A stretch of DNA of 64,000 nt from Rhodospirillales bacterium RIFCSPLOWO2_02_FULL_58_16 (GTDB taxonomy: Bacteria; Pseudomonadota; Alphaproteobacteria; Rhodospirillales; 2-02-FULL-58-16): assembly GCA_001830425.1 (NCBI GenBank), contig MIAA01000026.1:16675-80674 (forward strand). Reading direction: 5' to 3'. The notes under the pieces are model-generated. The model was not told the DNA's origin and searched no databases. It saw only the letters and a list, made by a program, of their open reading frames with translations. Both the position numbers and the translations under genes were made by a program. Shown here in pieces: positions 1-9,463 of this stretch; the first letter of the stretch is position 1; every line of letters begins with the position of its first letter.

Positions 1-632
1 ATGCCGTTAACGGCGTTATGCTGGAGAGAGCGGCCACCGTTCTTGCCTTGCTGATCGTCGTCGTTGCGACCCAACCATTTTTTCTGCCGAGGGTCAGCGT
101 TGAAACCGCCTCATGGGCCGTCAGCGGCATCGCGCTGTTATCAGCGGGGGCGGGGGCGGGGATGGCGGCGCTGATGATGCTGGATCGTTTGCCGTCGTCG
201 CTTCGGCGCTGGCGTCTGGTGCGTGGTCTGGCCACCCTGGCCGCCGATACGCGCACCGTTTTTCTTAATCCATTGCATCTTTTCAAGGTCATAAGCTGGT
301 CGGCCACCGGCCACCTGAACTTGACGTTGGGGGTTTATTTAATGGCGGTGGGGCTGAGTCTGGAGATTAGCTGGCTGGATTGCATCGCCTTGATTCCGCC
401 GGTCATCCTGATCACCATTCTTCCCATCTCTATTGCCGGTTGGGGCGTGCGCGAGGGCGCCATGGTCTATGCTTTCAGTCTTATCGGCGTTCCCGAAGAG
501 GGGGCGCTGGTATTGTCGCTTTTATTCGGACTGGTCAGCATAGTCACCAGTTTGCCGGGCGGCGTCGTTTGGTTGACCGGCGGCGGCATGAACGCAGATC
601 CCATTCCCAAAAATTTCACCGCCAATTCCTGA
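1..632 (+). CDS. flippase-like / UPF0104 family membrane protein, 5' end probably outside the window
   Basis: The frame is open from the window edge. The protein is multi-TM and ends with PISIAGWGVREGAMVYAFSLIGV, the Gly-rich C-terminal motif typical of this family. Confidence 0.55.
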   Translation, partial: AVNGVMLERAATVLALLIVVVATQPFFLPRVSVETASWAVSGIALLSAGAGAGMAALMMLDRLPSSLRRWRLVRGLATLAADTRTVFLNPLHLFKVISWSATGHLNLTLGVYLMAVGLSLEISWLDCIALIPPVILITILPISIAGWGVREGAMVYAFSLIGVPEEGALVLSLLFGLVSIVTSLPGGVVWLTGGGMNADPIPKNFTANS

Positions 633-657
633 CCCACGTCAAATAATGAGGGCTGCC

Positions 658-2181
658 ATGAAGATTACGTTTGCCAAGTCCGCCTTGCCTGCAACCGGCG
701 CCGTCGTTGTCGGCGTCCTTGACGGCGGCAAGCTCACCGCCGGCGCCAAAATGCTGGACAGGCATATGAAGGGCGGATTGGTTCGCGCCATCAAGGCCGG
801 GCGCTTCAACGGCGACAAGGACCAAAGCCTGAACTTGTTGGTTCCGGCGGAAACCAGATTGGACCGCGCTTATGTGATCGGTTTGGGCAAGGCTTCGAAA
901 ATCAACGCCTTGCGTTTGCAGGCGATCGGCGGGCGGCTTTACTCGGCGTTCGCCGTTAAGGGCGCTCCGAACGTATCGGTGATTGTTGATTCATTGAGCG
1001 GCGTCAAACCGGGCGCTGCGGAAATGGCGGCGGAGCTTGCCTACGGGGCGCGCCTCGCCTCGTACCGCTTCGACAAGTACCGCACCAAGGAGAAAAAGGA
1101 GGATAAACCGACGCTCAAGGCGATGAAGTTCCTTTGCGATTCGCCGGAGCGGGCGCAGACCGCCTTCGCCCTGCGCGAGTGCGTTGCCGCCGGCGTATTT
1201 CTCGCCCGCGATCTGGTTTCCGAGCCGGCTAACATTCTCTATCCGGAGACTCTGGCCGGCCGCGCCAAGGAGCTGTCCAGACTGGGGATCAAGGTGGAAG
1301 TGCTGGGCGAAAACAGCATGAAGCGCCTCGGCATGGGGGCGCTGCTCGGCGTCGGCCAGGGATCGGCGCACGAGTCCAAACTGGTGGTCATGCAATGGAA
1401 CGGCGCACATCGCAACCATACCGGCGGCGGCAAGTCCAAGGCCGACGCTCCCATCGTTATCGTCGGCAAAGGAGTGACCTTCGATACCGGCGGCATCTCC
1501 ATCAAGCCGGCGCTCGGCATGGAGGATATGAAATATGACATGGCCGGCTCGGCGGTTGTTATCGGCCTGATGAAGGCGCTGGCCGGGCGCAAGGCCAAGG
1601 TCAATGCCGTCGGCGTTATCGGGTTGGTGGAGAACATGCCGTCGGGCGCCGCCCAACGTCCGGGAGACGTCGTCACCTCAATGTCGGGACAGACCATTGA
1701 AGTCGTCAACACCGATGCCGAAGGCCGTCTGGTGCTGGCCGACGCCCTCTGGTACGCCAAGGAGCGCTTCAAGCCGAGGATGATGATCAATCTGGCTACT
1801 CTTACCGGGGCCATTGTTATCTGCCTCGGCAATGAGAAGGCGGGGCTGTTCTCCAACAACGATTCGCTGGCCGCGCACATCGCCAAGGCCGGTGATCTGG
1901 AAGGCGAAAAACTGTGGAGGATGCCGCTGGATGATGAATACGACAACATGCTTAAATCCAACATCGCCGACATGAAAAACATCAGCGGCGACCGAGGGGC
2001 GGGAAGCATCACCGCCGCCCAATTCCTTCAACGCTTCGTCGGCAAAACGCCGTGGGCGCATCTGGATATCGCCGGGGTGTCCTGGACAAGCAAGGACAAG
2101 GCCATAACGCCCAAGGGCGGAACAGGATACGGCGTGCGTCTGCTCAACCGTCTGATTGCCGACTGCTACGAGGACAAGTGA
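658..2181 (+). CDS. pepA: leucyl aminopeptidase (M17)
   Basis: M17 signatures VGKGVTFDTGG and NTDAEGRLVLADAL are present. I moved the start to ATG 658, which has GAGGG just upstream. Confidence 0.95.
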   Translation: MKITFAKSALPATGAVVVGVLDGGKLTAGAKMLDRHMKGGLVRAIKAGRFNGDKDQSLNLLVPAETRLDRAYVIGLGKASKINALRLQAIGGRLYSAFAVKGAPNVSVIVDSLSGVKPGAAEMAAELAYGARLASYRFDKYRTKEKKEDKPTLKAMKFLCDSPERAQTAFALRECVAAGVFLARDLVSEPANILYPETLAGRAKELSRLGIKVEVLGENSMKRLGMGALLGVGQGSAHESKLVVMQWNGAHRNHTGGGKSKADAPIVIVGKGVTFDTGGISIKPALGMEDMKYDMAGSAVVIGLMKALAGRKAKVNAVGVIGLVENMPSGAAQRPGDVVTSMSGQTIEVVNTDAEGRLVLADALWYAKERFKPRMMINLATLTGAIVICLGNEKAGLFSNNDSLAAHIAKAGDLEGEKLWRMPLDDEYDNMLKSNIADMKNISGDRGAGSITAAQFLQRFVGKTPWAHLDIAGVSWTSKDKAITPKGGTGYGVRLLNRLIADCYEDK

Positions 2182-2200
2182 GCTTTCAGGAGCAGGGGTG

Positions 2201-2668
2201 ATGACCGAGGTCAAATTCTACCATCTGCAAAAATGGCCGTTGGAAAAGGCTCTGCCTAAACTGTTGGAAAAAACCCTTCAGGCGGGGAAGCGGGCCGTTG
2301 TCATTGCCGGCTCGGCGGCGAGGGTGGAAGCGCTGAACGCTCTGCTGTGGACCTATGACCAAAATTCCTGGCTGCCTCACGGCTCCGCCAAAGACGGCGC
2401 CGCCGAAGATCAACCGGTGTGGTTGACCGATAAAGACGAGAACCCCAATCAGGCATCTTTCCTGTTTCTTGCCGACGGCGCGGTATCGGAACGGGTGGGG
2501 GAATTCGAGCGTTGCTTTGAGTTGTTCAACGGCAATGACGAGGCCGCCAAGCAAGCGGCGCGTGAACGCTGGAAAGCGTACGAGGCCGCCGGCCACGAAG
2601 TCACATATCTGCGCCAGACGGATCGGGGCGGATGGGAAGAAGTGGAGAAGAAGGGAACTGTGAGCTGA
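2201..2668 (+). CDS. holC: DNA polymerase III subunit chi
   Basis: The N-terminus is chi-like (MTEVKFYHL...LWTYDQNSWLPHG). AGGAG lies upstream of ATG 2201. The gene sits next to pepA, as is common in proteobacteria. Confidence 0.85.
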   Translation: MTEVKFYHLQKWPLEKALPKLLEKTLQAGKRAVVIAGSAARVEALNALLWTYDQNSWLPHGSAKDGAAEDQPVWLTDKDENPNQASFLFLADGAVSERVGEFERCFELFNGNDEAAKQAARERWKAYEAAGHEVTYLRQTDRGGWEEVEKKGTVS

Positions 2669-2704
2669 GCTAACCCCGGTTTTATGGACAGGCGGCGGTC
2701 GGCA

Positions 2705-4294
2705 TTACAGAAGTTTACCCTGCTTGCTCTTGTTGTGATCTTCCTTGGCCGTCGTCTTGAAGGTGGCGGCGGCGTCGATCAGCGGGATGCGCGGTTTGAT
2801 GCCCTGGAACAGTTCGGCCAGGGTGATGATCTGGATTTTCGGCGTCTTCTCAAACAAGCCTGCGGCGGCGGCCTCCTTTTCCATCGGTCTGGTAGGCAGC
2901 GCCAGCGAGATTAAAATGCCGATGGCGGCCTTTTCGCGTTCGACCACGGCGGTCAGGTCGCGCACCATGCCCACGCCGACATTCTCGCCGCCTTTTACCG
3001 AAACGAGGGCTTTTTCGGTTTTGTTGGCGTCGCCCCTGAAGAACAGGATGCCGTCGATGCCGCCGTCCGCCCCCTTCTTTTTGCCGGCGTACGGTCGGGC
3101 GTCCACCAGCGACACCGCCCACCACTGGAATTGATACTTGTCGCGCCGGGCCAGGTCTTGCGCGCTCGCCAAATCCTTGGGCGTGCCGTGGACATCGAAC
3201 TCGATGCCGGGAAATGCGTCCTTCAGACGCCGCTCGATCAGTGAAATAGCAAGGTGTGTTATGTCGATGCCGATCCAGCTCCTCCCCATTTTCTGCGCGG
3301 CGTGAACCGTGGTGCCGCAGCCGCAGAAAGGGTCAAGGACCACATCGCCTTCGTTCGATGAAGCCCTCAGAATACGTTCCAATAAGGCGACGGGCTTCTG
3401 GGTTGGGTAGCCGAGACGTTCGCTGCTTGTATTGGCAATACGATGCACATCGGTCCACATATCCGAAACGGGTGTCCCTTCTTTTTCATCAAGCCATACT
3501 TTGCGGCCATCAAGGCGAGGCGATCCATCCTTCCGCTTTAGGATCAATCCTGTATTCCATAATTTTTCACGTTCGGCCAAGCTTAAACCCCAGCCCCGTG
3601 GCGTTGTAGGAACGGTTCCTCGCCAAGGCGTTAAATCTCCGCCGATAATCGTCAGGTCTTGTCCGGTGAATAAGCGTCCGGTCTCCGGATCTTCTTCATA
3701 TCGATCAAGCTGCTGTTGTGAAAAAGCCCTAAAGGGTTGGCGATAATAATATCTATCTGATTTTGTGTAATAAAATATAGTATCGTGAACGCGATGAAAC
3801 TGTTTTGATTTGAAATTGTGAGCGTTTGTCCTCTGCCAAATAACTTCATTCCTGAAATTTTCTTTGCCGAACACGGCATCCAGTAGAATTTTCAGGTAAT
3901 GGCCGGCTGTCGGATCGCAATGGAGATAGAGCGAGCCGGTTGATTTCAAGACCCGGCGCAATTCCAGCAAACGCACCGTCATCATGGCGAGATAGGCCAT
4001 CATGTTATTTTCGCCCAGGAACGAGCGCATGGCGCTCAACATCTCGGCGGCCTGGGTGTTGGGCGAGGCCAGTACTTCGGAATAAGCCAGCTCGGCCTCG
4101 TCGCCCCAGGCCCAGGTATCCTTGAAGGCCTCGATCTGGGCGTCGGCGGCTTTGCCGGAATGACTTTTGAATAGAACGTTGTAGTCGGCTTGGCTATTGA
4201 ACGGGGGGTCGAGATAGACCAGATCAATGCTTTCGTCGGCAATCGATTCGCGCAGAACCTTCAGGTTGTCGCCGTAGTAAAGCGCGTTGGTCAT
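2705..4294 (-). CDS. site-specific DNA methyltransferase (beta-class N6A/N4C) with C-terminal Mrr-like nuclease-fold domain
   Basis: Motif IV (DLVYLDPPFNS) lies N-terminal and motif I (VLDPFCGCGTT) lies after a central variable region. The C-terminus reads GADGGIDGILFF...ALVSVKGG, resembling the Mrr catalytic core. The start is at ATG 4294, preceded by GGGGGA. Confidence 0.8.
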   Translation of the reverse strand: MTNALYYGDNLKVLRESIADESIDLVYLDPPFNSQADYNVLFKSHSGKAADAQIEAFKDTWAWGDEAELAYSEVLASPNTQAAEMLSAMRSFLGENNMMAYLAMMTVRLLELRRVLKSTGSLYLHCDPTAGHYLKILLDAVFGKENFRNEVIWQRTNAHNFKSKQFHRVHDTIFYYTKSDRYYYRQPFRAFSQQQLDRYEEDPETGRLFTGQDLTIIGGDLTPWRGTVPTTPRGWGLSLAEREKLWNTGLILKRKDGSPRLDGRKVWLDEKEGTPVSDMWTDVHRIANTSSERLGYPTQKPVALLERILRASSNEGDVVLDPFCGCGTTVHAAQKMGRSWIGIDITHLAISLIERRLKDAFPGIEFDVHGTPKDLASAQDLARRDKYQFQWWAVSLVDARPYAGKKKGADGGIDGILFFRGDANKTEKALVSVKGGENVGVGMVRDLTAVVEREKAAIGILISLALPTRPMEKEAAAAGLFEKTPKIQIITLAELFQGIKPRIPLIDAAATFKTTAKEDHNKSKQGKLL

Positions 4295-4359
4295 GTATCC
4301 CCCATCTGGAGAACATATAGTAGTCTGGTCAAAAAATAGGCACAATAGGTTGTTTTACG

Positions 4360-4860
4360 TTATTTCAGCCGATCCTTGATTTTGTCGATGCCGGCCTGTG
4401 AGCAGGCTTCGTCCAGATGCCCCCCCGGCGCCCCGCCGACGCCGATGCCGCCGATTGCTTCCTCGCCGACCGTTATCGGCAATCCGCCGCCGAGGACCAG
4501 AATCTTGTCGTTCATGTACTTGATCCCTTCGGAGGCCGGGTTCTTGGCGAGCATATCGACAAGAACCGCCGTCGATTTGCGCATGCTCGCCGATGTGTAG
4601 GCCTTATGCGAACTGCTGTCGAGCGTGTGGGGACCGGCGCCGTCCCCCTTGATGTGGACCTTGATCAACCCGCTTTTGTCGGTAACGGCGACGCTGACCC
4701 GGTAACCTTTCGCCTCGCAGTCGGCGAGCGCGGCAAGCGCCGCCTCGTTGGCCAAAGACAACGGCAATATCTTCTCGGAAGGCAGCCCCTGGGCCATTGC
4801 CGTCGTGCCGAACAGAAACGCAAACAGGCCCATGATGTATAATGCGGGATGCTTGGTCAT
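4360..4860 (-). CDS. GlcG/HbpS-like (DUF336) heme-binding family protein, secreted
   Basis: A signal peptide is present (MAQG). The C-terminal motif is [31 protein letters not shown]. The start overlaps the upstream gene's stop by 4 nt. Confidence 0.75.
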   Translation of the reverse strand: MTKHPALYIMGLFAFLFGTTAMAQGLPSEKILPLSLANEAALAALADCEAKGYRVSVAVTDKSGLIKVHIKGDGAGPHTLDSSSHKAYTSASMRKSTAVLVDMLAKNPASEGIKYMNDKILVLGGGLPITVGEEAIGGIGVGGAPGGHLDEACSQAGIDKIKDRLK

Positions 4861-5807
4861 AGGACTCCTTTGAAGTAGTTGATGGTTTTTTCCAGACCCG
4901 CCTTTAACGGCACCTTCGGTTGCCAGCCCAGTTTGTCCTTGGCTAACGAGATATCGGGACAGCGTTGAGTGGGGTCGTCGGCGGGCAAGGGATAGGTTTC
5001 AATGATCGAAGATGATCCGGTCAGTTTTATAACCGTTTCCGCCAGTTGACGGATGGTGAATTCATCGGGATTGCCGAGGTTCATCGGCCCCGTGATATTG
5101 TCAGGAGCGCCCATCAATCGGATAAAACCGTCAATCAGATCGTTTACATAACAAAATGAGCGGGTTTGTGAGCCGTCGCCGTACAGGGTGATCGCCTCGC
5201 CTTTCAAGGCCTGGACGATAAAGTTGGAGACCACGCGCCCGTCATTGGGGTGCATGCGCGGACCATAGGTGTTAAAAATACGCGCCACCCGGATATTAAG
5301 GTTATGCTGGCGCTTGTAATCAAAAAACAAGGTCTCGGCGCAACGCTTGCCCTCGTCATAACACGCCCTTGGACCGATGACGTTGACGTTACCGCGATAG
5401 TCTTCGGTCTGGGGATGGACCTCCGGGTCGCCATAGACTTCGCTGGTGGAGGCTTGAAAGATTTTTGCCTGCGTCCGTTTGGCCAGTCCGAGCATGTTGA
5501 TGGCGCCGTGTACGCTGGTCTTGGTGGTTTGCACGGGATCGAACTGATAATGGACGGGAGACGCCGGACAAGCCAGATTGTAGATTTCATCCACTTCCAC
5601 ATAGAGCGGAAAGGTGATGTCGTGGCGCATCAATTCGAAATGGGGATCGTCCATAAGATGGATAATGTTGTCTTTGGCGCCGGTGAAGAAATTATCAACG
5701 CACAGGACATCATGGCCGTCGGCAATCAGCCGCTCGCACAAGTGAGAGCCTAAAAAACCGGCTCCGCCGGTTACCAAAATCCTTTTTCTCAACAATCCGC
5801 TCCTCAT
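4857..5807 (-). CDS. UDP-glucuronate decarboxylase (UDP-xylose synthase-like SDR)
   Basis: Extended SDR with a [14 protein letters not shown] Rossmann motif, a YDEGKR catalytic region and the typical length of 316 aa. Confidence 0.85.
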   Translation of the reverse strand: MRSGLLRKRILVTGGAGFLGSHLCERLIADGHDVLCVDNFFTGAKDNIIHLMDDPHFELMRHDITFPLYVEVDEIYNLACPASPVHYQFDPVQTTKTSVHGAINMLGLAKRTQAKIFQASTSEVYGDPEVHPQTEDYRGNVNVIGPRACYDEGKRCAETLFFDYKRQHNLNIRVARIFNTYGPRMHPNDGRVVSNFIVQALKGEAITLYGDGSQTRSFCYVNDLIDGFIRLMGAPDNITGPMNLGNPDEFTIRQLAETVIKLTGSSSIIETYPLPADDPTQRCPDISLAKDKLGWQPKVPLKAGLEKTINYFKGVL

Positions 5808-5816
5808 CTCATAACG

Positions 5817-6554
5817 CTAAGTTTGCAGAAATCGTCGTTCCTTGCCCTCTAATACCAGACAAGTTAGTATCCCGCTATAGAAGGCTCCGGTATCAATGCC
5901 GATACGGTTGGGCCTGATGTCGGGAAACGGCCTGACGGAATGACCATGCACTACTATTTTGCCGAAAGATTCTCGGCAATTCAGAAACTCCTCACGAATC
6001 CAAAGAAGCGATGACTCCTGCTGATTTTCAAGAGGCGTTCCCGGATTAACGCCGGCGTGGACAAACATGTAGTCTCCCACCGTGTATGATGTTTTCAGGC
6101 TGCGGTAGAAATCAAGGTGACTTGGCGGCAAGAATCGGCGGAATTCGCGCCGTATCGACTGTAAATCTTCCATTTCCGTGAACATGCCGGGAAGTTTAAT
6201 CCCATAGCTCTCGATGGTGGCCGCGCCGCCGTTTAACAGCCAGACATCGCCGTTTGCCCCGTTATCATAAAAACAGAGCAAAAGGTCTTCGTGGTTGCCT
6301 TTTAAATGCACGGTCTCAAAGCCCTCAAGAGGAGCCGTGATCAGCGATTCTACCACGGCGCATGAATGAGGACCGCGATCCACATAATCGCCCAGGTAAA
6401 TCAGTATGTTACGCCCCGGCGAATCCTGTTCGGCGGCGTCGGCGATGCGCCGGCGCAGGTCTTCAAGAAGGTCGATGCGGCCATGGATATCGCCGATGGC
6501 GTAAACGCATACGCCGTCGGGAACGCCGGGGGAAGCGCAGGAGAGATGTTTCAT
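5817..6554 (-). CDS. PPP-family metallophosphoesterase (Ser/Thr phosphatase 1 / ApaH-like)
   Basis: Motifs GDIHGR, GDYVDRG, GNHE and VHGH appear in the canonical order. Confidence 0.85.
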   Translation of the reverse strand: MKHLSCASPGVPDGVCVYAIGDIHGRIDLLEDLRRRIADAAEQDSPGRNILIYLGDYVDRGPHSCAVVESLITAPLEGFETVHLKGNHEDLLLCFYDNGANGDVWLLNGGAATIESYGIKLPGMFTEMEDLQSIRREFRRFLPPSHLDFYRSLKTSYTVGDYMFVHAGVNPGTPLENQQESSLLWIREEFLNCRESFGKIVVHGHSVRPFPDIRPNRIGIDTGAFYSGILTCLVLEGKERRFLQT

Positions 6555-6601
6555 GCGGTTATTAAAATGCCATGTCCGGGGGCTTGCCTATCCGGTCAGC
6601 A

Positions 6602-8047
6602 TCAGAACATCTCAGTTTGCCGGTCGGTTTTTTCGCGAGCGGCGGCATTGAACGTAGCGGCGGAGTCGATTCTGGGAATGCGCGGGCGTTTACCCTGGAA
6701 CAGCTCCGCCAGGGTGATGATCTGGATTCTCGGCACCTTCTCAAACGGCGTCTCAAAGAAACCGGCGGCGGCGGCCTCCTTCTCCATCGGCTTGGTGGGA
6801 AAGGCCAGCGAGATCAACACGCCGACCGCCGCCTTCTCGCGCTCGACCACGGCGATCAGATCGCGGATCATGCCGACGCCGATGTTCTCGCCGCCTTTGA
6901 CCGAGACCAGCGCCTTTTCCGTCTTGTCCTTGCCGCTGCGGAAAAAGAGGATGCCGTCAATGCCGCCGTCGGCCCCCTTCTTCTTGCCGCCATAGGGCCG
7001 CGCCTCCACCAGCGACACCGCCCACCATTGGAACTGATATTTATCGCGCCGGGCGAGATCTTGCGCGCTGGCCAAATCCTGCGGCGTCCCGTAAACGTCA
7101 AAGGCGATGCCGGGAAAGGCGTCCTTCAAGCGCCGCTCGATCAATGAAATGGCAAGGTGGGTGATGTCGATGCCGATCCATTGGCGATTGAGCTTGTGGG
7201 CGGCGTGAACGGTTGTGCCGCAGCCGCAAAACGGATCAAGCACTACATCTCCTTCGTTTGATGAGGCGGAAATGATCCGCTCAAGGAGAGCCAGAGGTTT
7301 TTGAGTCGGGTATCCGAGACGCTCGGCGGCATTTGGATTGATGATCGAAATTTCCCACCAATCCGGCATTGGCGATTGAGCTTTTTCATCCGCCAGACTT
7401 GATGCTTTACGAATGCCGTCTTCCATATCCGCTTGCTGCTTGTGTCCCTTCCATCGCTTCATAGTTCCCTTTGACGGATCAGTGTATAAGACGTTGAATG
7501 TCGCGCCTTTGGGTAATTTAGTGACTAAATGGATGTCATCGTGATTGCGAACAAATTGGCCGGCCGCAACGCTCCACTTTCGATAACACCAGATAATTTC
7601 ATTCTTGTAGTTTCGAGCGCCAAACACCGCGTCCAGCAAAATTTTAAGGTAATGACCCGCCGTCGGATCGCAATGCAGATAGAGCGATCCCGTCGGTTTC
7701 AATACGCGGTGCAGTTCGAGCAGACGCACGGCCATCATGGCGAGATAGGCCATTACATCGTTTTCACCGAGGAACAGGCGTAGCGCCCGGAGCAATTCGG
7801 CGGCCTGGGTGTTGGCTGAACCAAGAACCTCGGAAAAGGCGCTTTCCGCCTCTTCCCCCCAATGCCATGTATCCTTGAAGGCTTCGATCTGGGCATCGGC
7901 GCTGTTGCCCGAGGCGCCCTTGAACAAGACGTTATAGTTGGCCTGACTGTTGAACGGCGGATCGAGGTAAATCAGATCGACGCTCTCGCTCTGAATGCTC
8001 TCTCGCAAAATGGAAAGATTGTCGCCGTAGTACAGTGAGTTTCCCAT
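6602..8047 (-). CDS. site-specific DNA methyltransferase (beta-class) with C-terminal Mrr-like domain; paralog of 2705-4294
   Basis: It carries the same DPPFNS...FCGCGTT...GADGGIDGILFF...VSVKGG architecture. The N- and C-terminal thirds are about 80-85% identical to the other copy, and the middle does not align. The start is at ATG 8047, preceded by GGAGGTGG. Confidence 0.8.
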   Translation of the reverse strand: MGNSLYYGDNLSILRESIQSESVDLIYLDPPFNSQANYNVLFKGASGNSADAQIEAFKDTWHWGEEAESAFSEVLGSANTQAAELLRALRLFLGENDVMAYLAMMAVRLLELHRVLKPTGSLYLHCDPTAGHYLKILLDAVFGARNYKNEIIWCYRKWSVAAGQFVRNHDDIHLVTKLPKGATFNVLYTDPSKGTMKRWKGHKQQADMEDGIRKASSLADEKAQSPMPDWWEISIINPNAAERLGYPTQKPLALLERIISASSNEGDVVLDPFCGCGTTVHAAHKLNRQWIGIDITHLAISLIERRLKDAFPGIAFDVYGTPQDLASAQDLARRDKYQFQWWAVSLVEARPYGGKKKGADGGIDGILFFRSGKDKTEKALVSVKGGENIGVGMIRDLIAVVEREKAAVGVLISLAFPTKPMEKEAAAAGFFETPFEKVPRIQIITLAELFQGKRPRIPRIDSAATFNAAAREKTDRQTEMF

Positions 8048-8197
8048 GAGTCCACCTCCGTCGCCGGGCGAAAGTAACGTCAAAATCATGGGGGTGCAAT
8101 CAAGCAATTATTCCATTAAGCCTGCTGATGTTTATTAACGTTTTGTTTTCATAATCCGGGGCATAATAGCCGAAGGCATAGAGTTTATGGGTTAACG

Positions 8198-9454
8198 ATG
8201 GCCGAGACCGGCGCCGCTGCGACAATTCCCGACTTGGAGAAAACAAGCGAGGAAAGCTTGTTGCTGGATCGTTTGTTCAGCATGGAGGACAGCCGCGTCG
8301 GCGCTTACAGCATTCATCTCCGCTTGTCTGAACTCAGGCCCGGCAACCGCAAGCCCCACTATATCCGCATTGCCAAGCGCTCTTTCGAGCCGGTAATCGC
8401 CGCCTTTAACGCAACTCTTTTCGAGCTTTCCAATTGCGATTTGATCCTGCTTTGCGTGGACGTCGCCATTGATGAAATCGACCCGGCTGTCGCCAAGGTC
8501 AGGGCTTTGTTCAGTGAAGATCCGCTGACCGCCGCCGAGGAAGGCTCGATTGAGGACGTTTTTGCCACCTGGTACGACCTTTCACAGGATGAAGATTATA
8601 ACAACTTTGTTTCGTTGATTACCGATCTGACGGCGGACGCCGAGGAGCGTCTGCGAAAGTTGGCCGAGGAGAAGGCGGTGGAGGGCGCCAGGCAAATGTC
8701 GGGAACGCCGCTGGCCCCCGCCAATCTGGCCGACATCAGCAAAAAAATGAGCGAGACCAGAATCTCCGATCTCATCCAGCAGCAATCAGCAATCAAGATC
8801 GAGGCCAACGGCAAGGGAAAACTGCTGTTCTGCGAGCATTTTATTACCATGTCCGGCCTGCAAAAGAGGGTGGCGCCGGACATTAATCTGTTCGGCAGCA
8901 CATGGCTGTTTCAGTACCTGACCGAAACCCTGGATAAACGTGTATTGGCGGTGATCGGTCGCAGAGATTTTGCGACAATGGATGTGCCGATGAGTCTCAA
9001 CCTTAACCTCAGCACCCTTCTTTCCAAAGAGTTTCAGTTATTTCACCACAACGTCGGCGATAACGCCCACAAGGTGGTTATAGAGATGCAGATGGTGGAT
9101 ATATGCGCGGATATCGGAGCATTCGCCTATGCCCGTAATATGTTGCAGGAACGCGGCTACAGGGTTCTTATTGACGGCGTTAATCCTCTTTCGCTTCAGT
9201 ATTTCGATCCCAGCGTGCTTGAGGCTGATTTCGTTAAAGTCAGTTGGGGAAAGGAATTTTTCAGCGAAGTTCCCGGCGCCCACATGCTCGGCATACAAGA
9301 TATCGTGGACAGAACCGGTAAAAACCGCATCATCCTGGCGCGTATTGATAACGAAAAAGCCGTTGCGTGGGCCTTATCTTTCGGCATTACCCGTTTTCAG
9401 GGGTATTATATAGATACAATCGTGAAAGCCCTGCGGGCCAAGGGGATTATCTAA
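8198..9454 (+). CDS. hypothetical protein with degenerate EAL-like C-terminal domain
   Basis: The C-terminal half aligns by eye with the genuine EAL domain at 62579-63853. The matches are NLNLS/NISARQ, VVIEMQ/EITE, VLIDGVN/ADDFGTG, DFVKVS/DTIKID, ILARIDNE/VAEGVEDNE and FQGYYI/IQGFLF, and most catalytic acids are replaced. Confidence 0.6.
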   Translation: MAETGAAATIPDLEKTSEESLLLDRLFSMEDSRVGAYSIHLRLSELRPGNRKPHYIRIAKRSFEPVIAAFNATLFELSNCDLILLCVDVAIDEIDPAVAKVRALFSEDPLTAAEEGSIEDVFATWYDLSQDEDYNNFVSLITDLTADAEERLRKLAEEKAVEGARQMSGTPLAPANLADISKKMSETRISDLIQQQSAIKIEANGKGKLLFCEHFITMSGLQKRVAPDINLFGSTWLFQYLTETLDKRVLAVIGRRDFATMDVPMSLNLNLSTLLSKEFQLFHHNVGDNAHKVVIEMQMVDICADIGAFAYARNMLQERGYRVLIDGVNPLSLQYFDPSVLEADFVKVSWGKEFFSEVPGAHMLGIQDIVDRTGKNRIILARIDNEKAVAWALSFGITRFQGYYIDTIVKALRAKGII

Positions 9455-9463
9455 AGGATATAA

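Noticed and set aside
2705-8047. Composite transposon or genomic island bounded by the two methyltransferase paralogs
   Set aside because: I found no transposase, integrase, terminal inverted repeats or tRNA target. The paralogs are direct gene duplicates rather than IS copies. I kept it only as a recombination-prone duplication.
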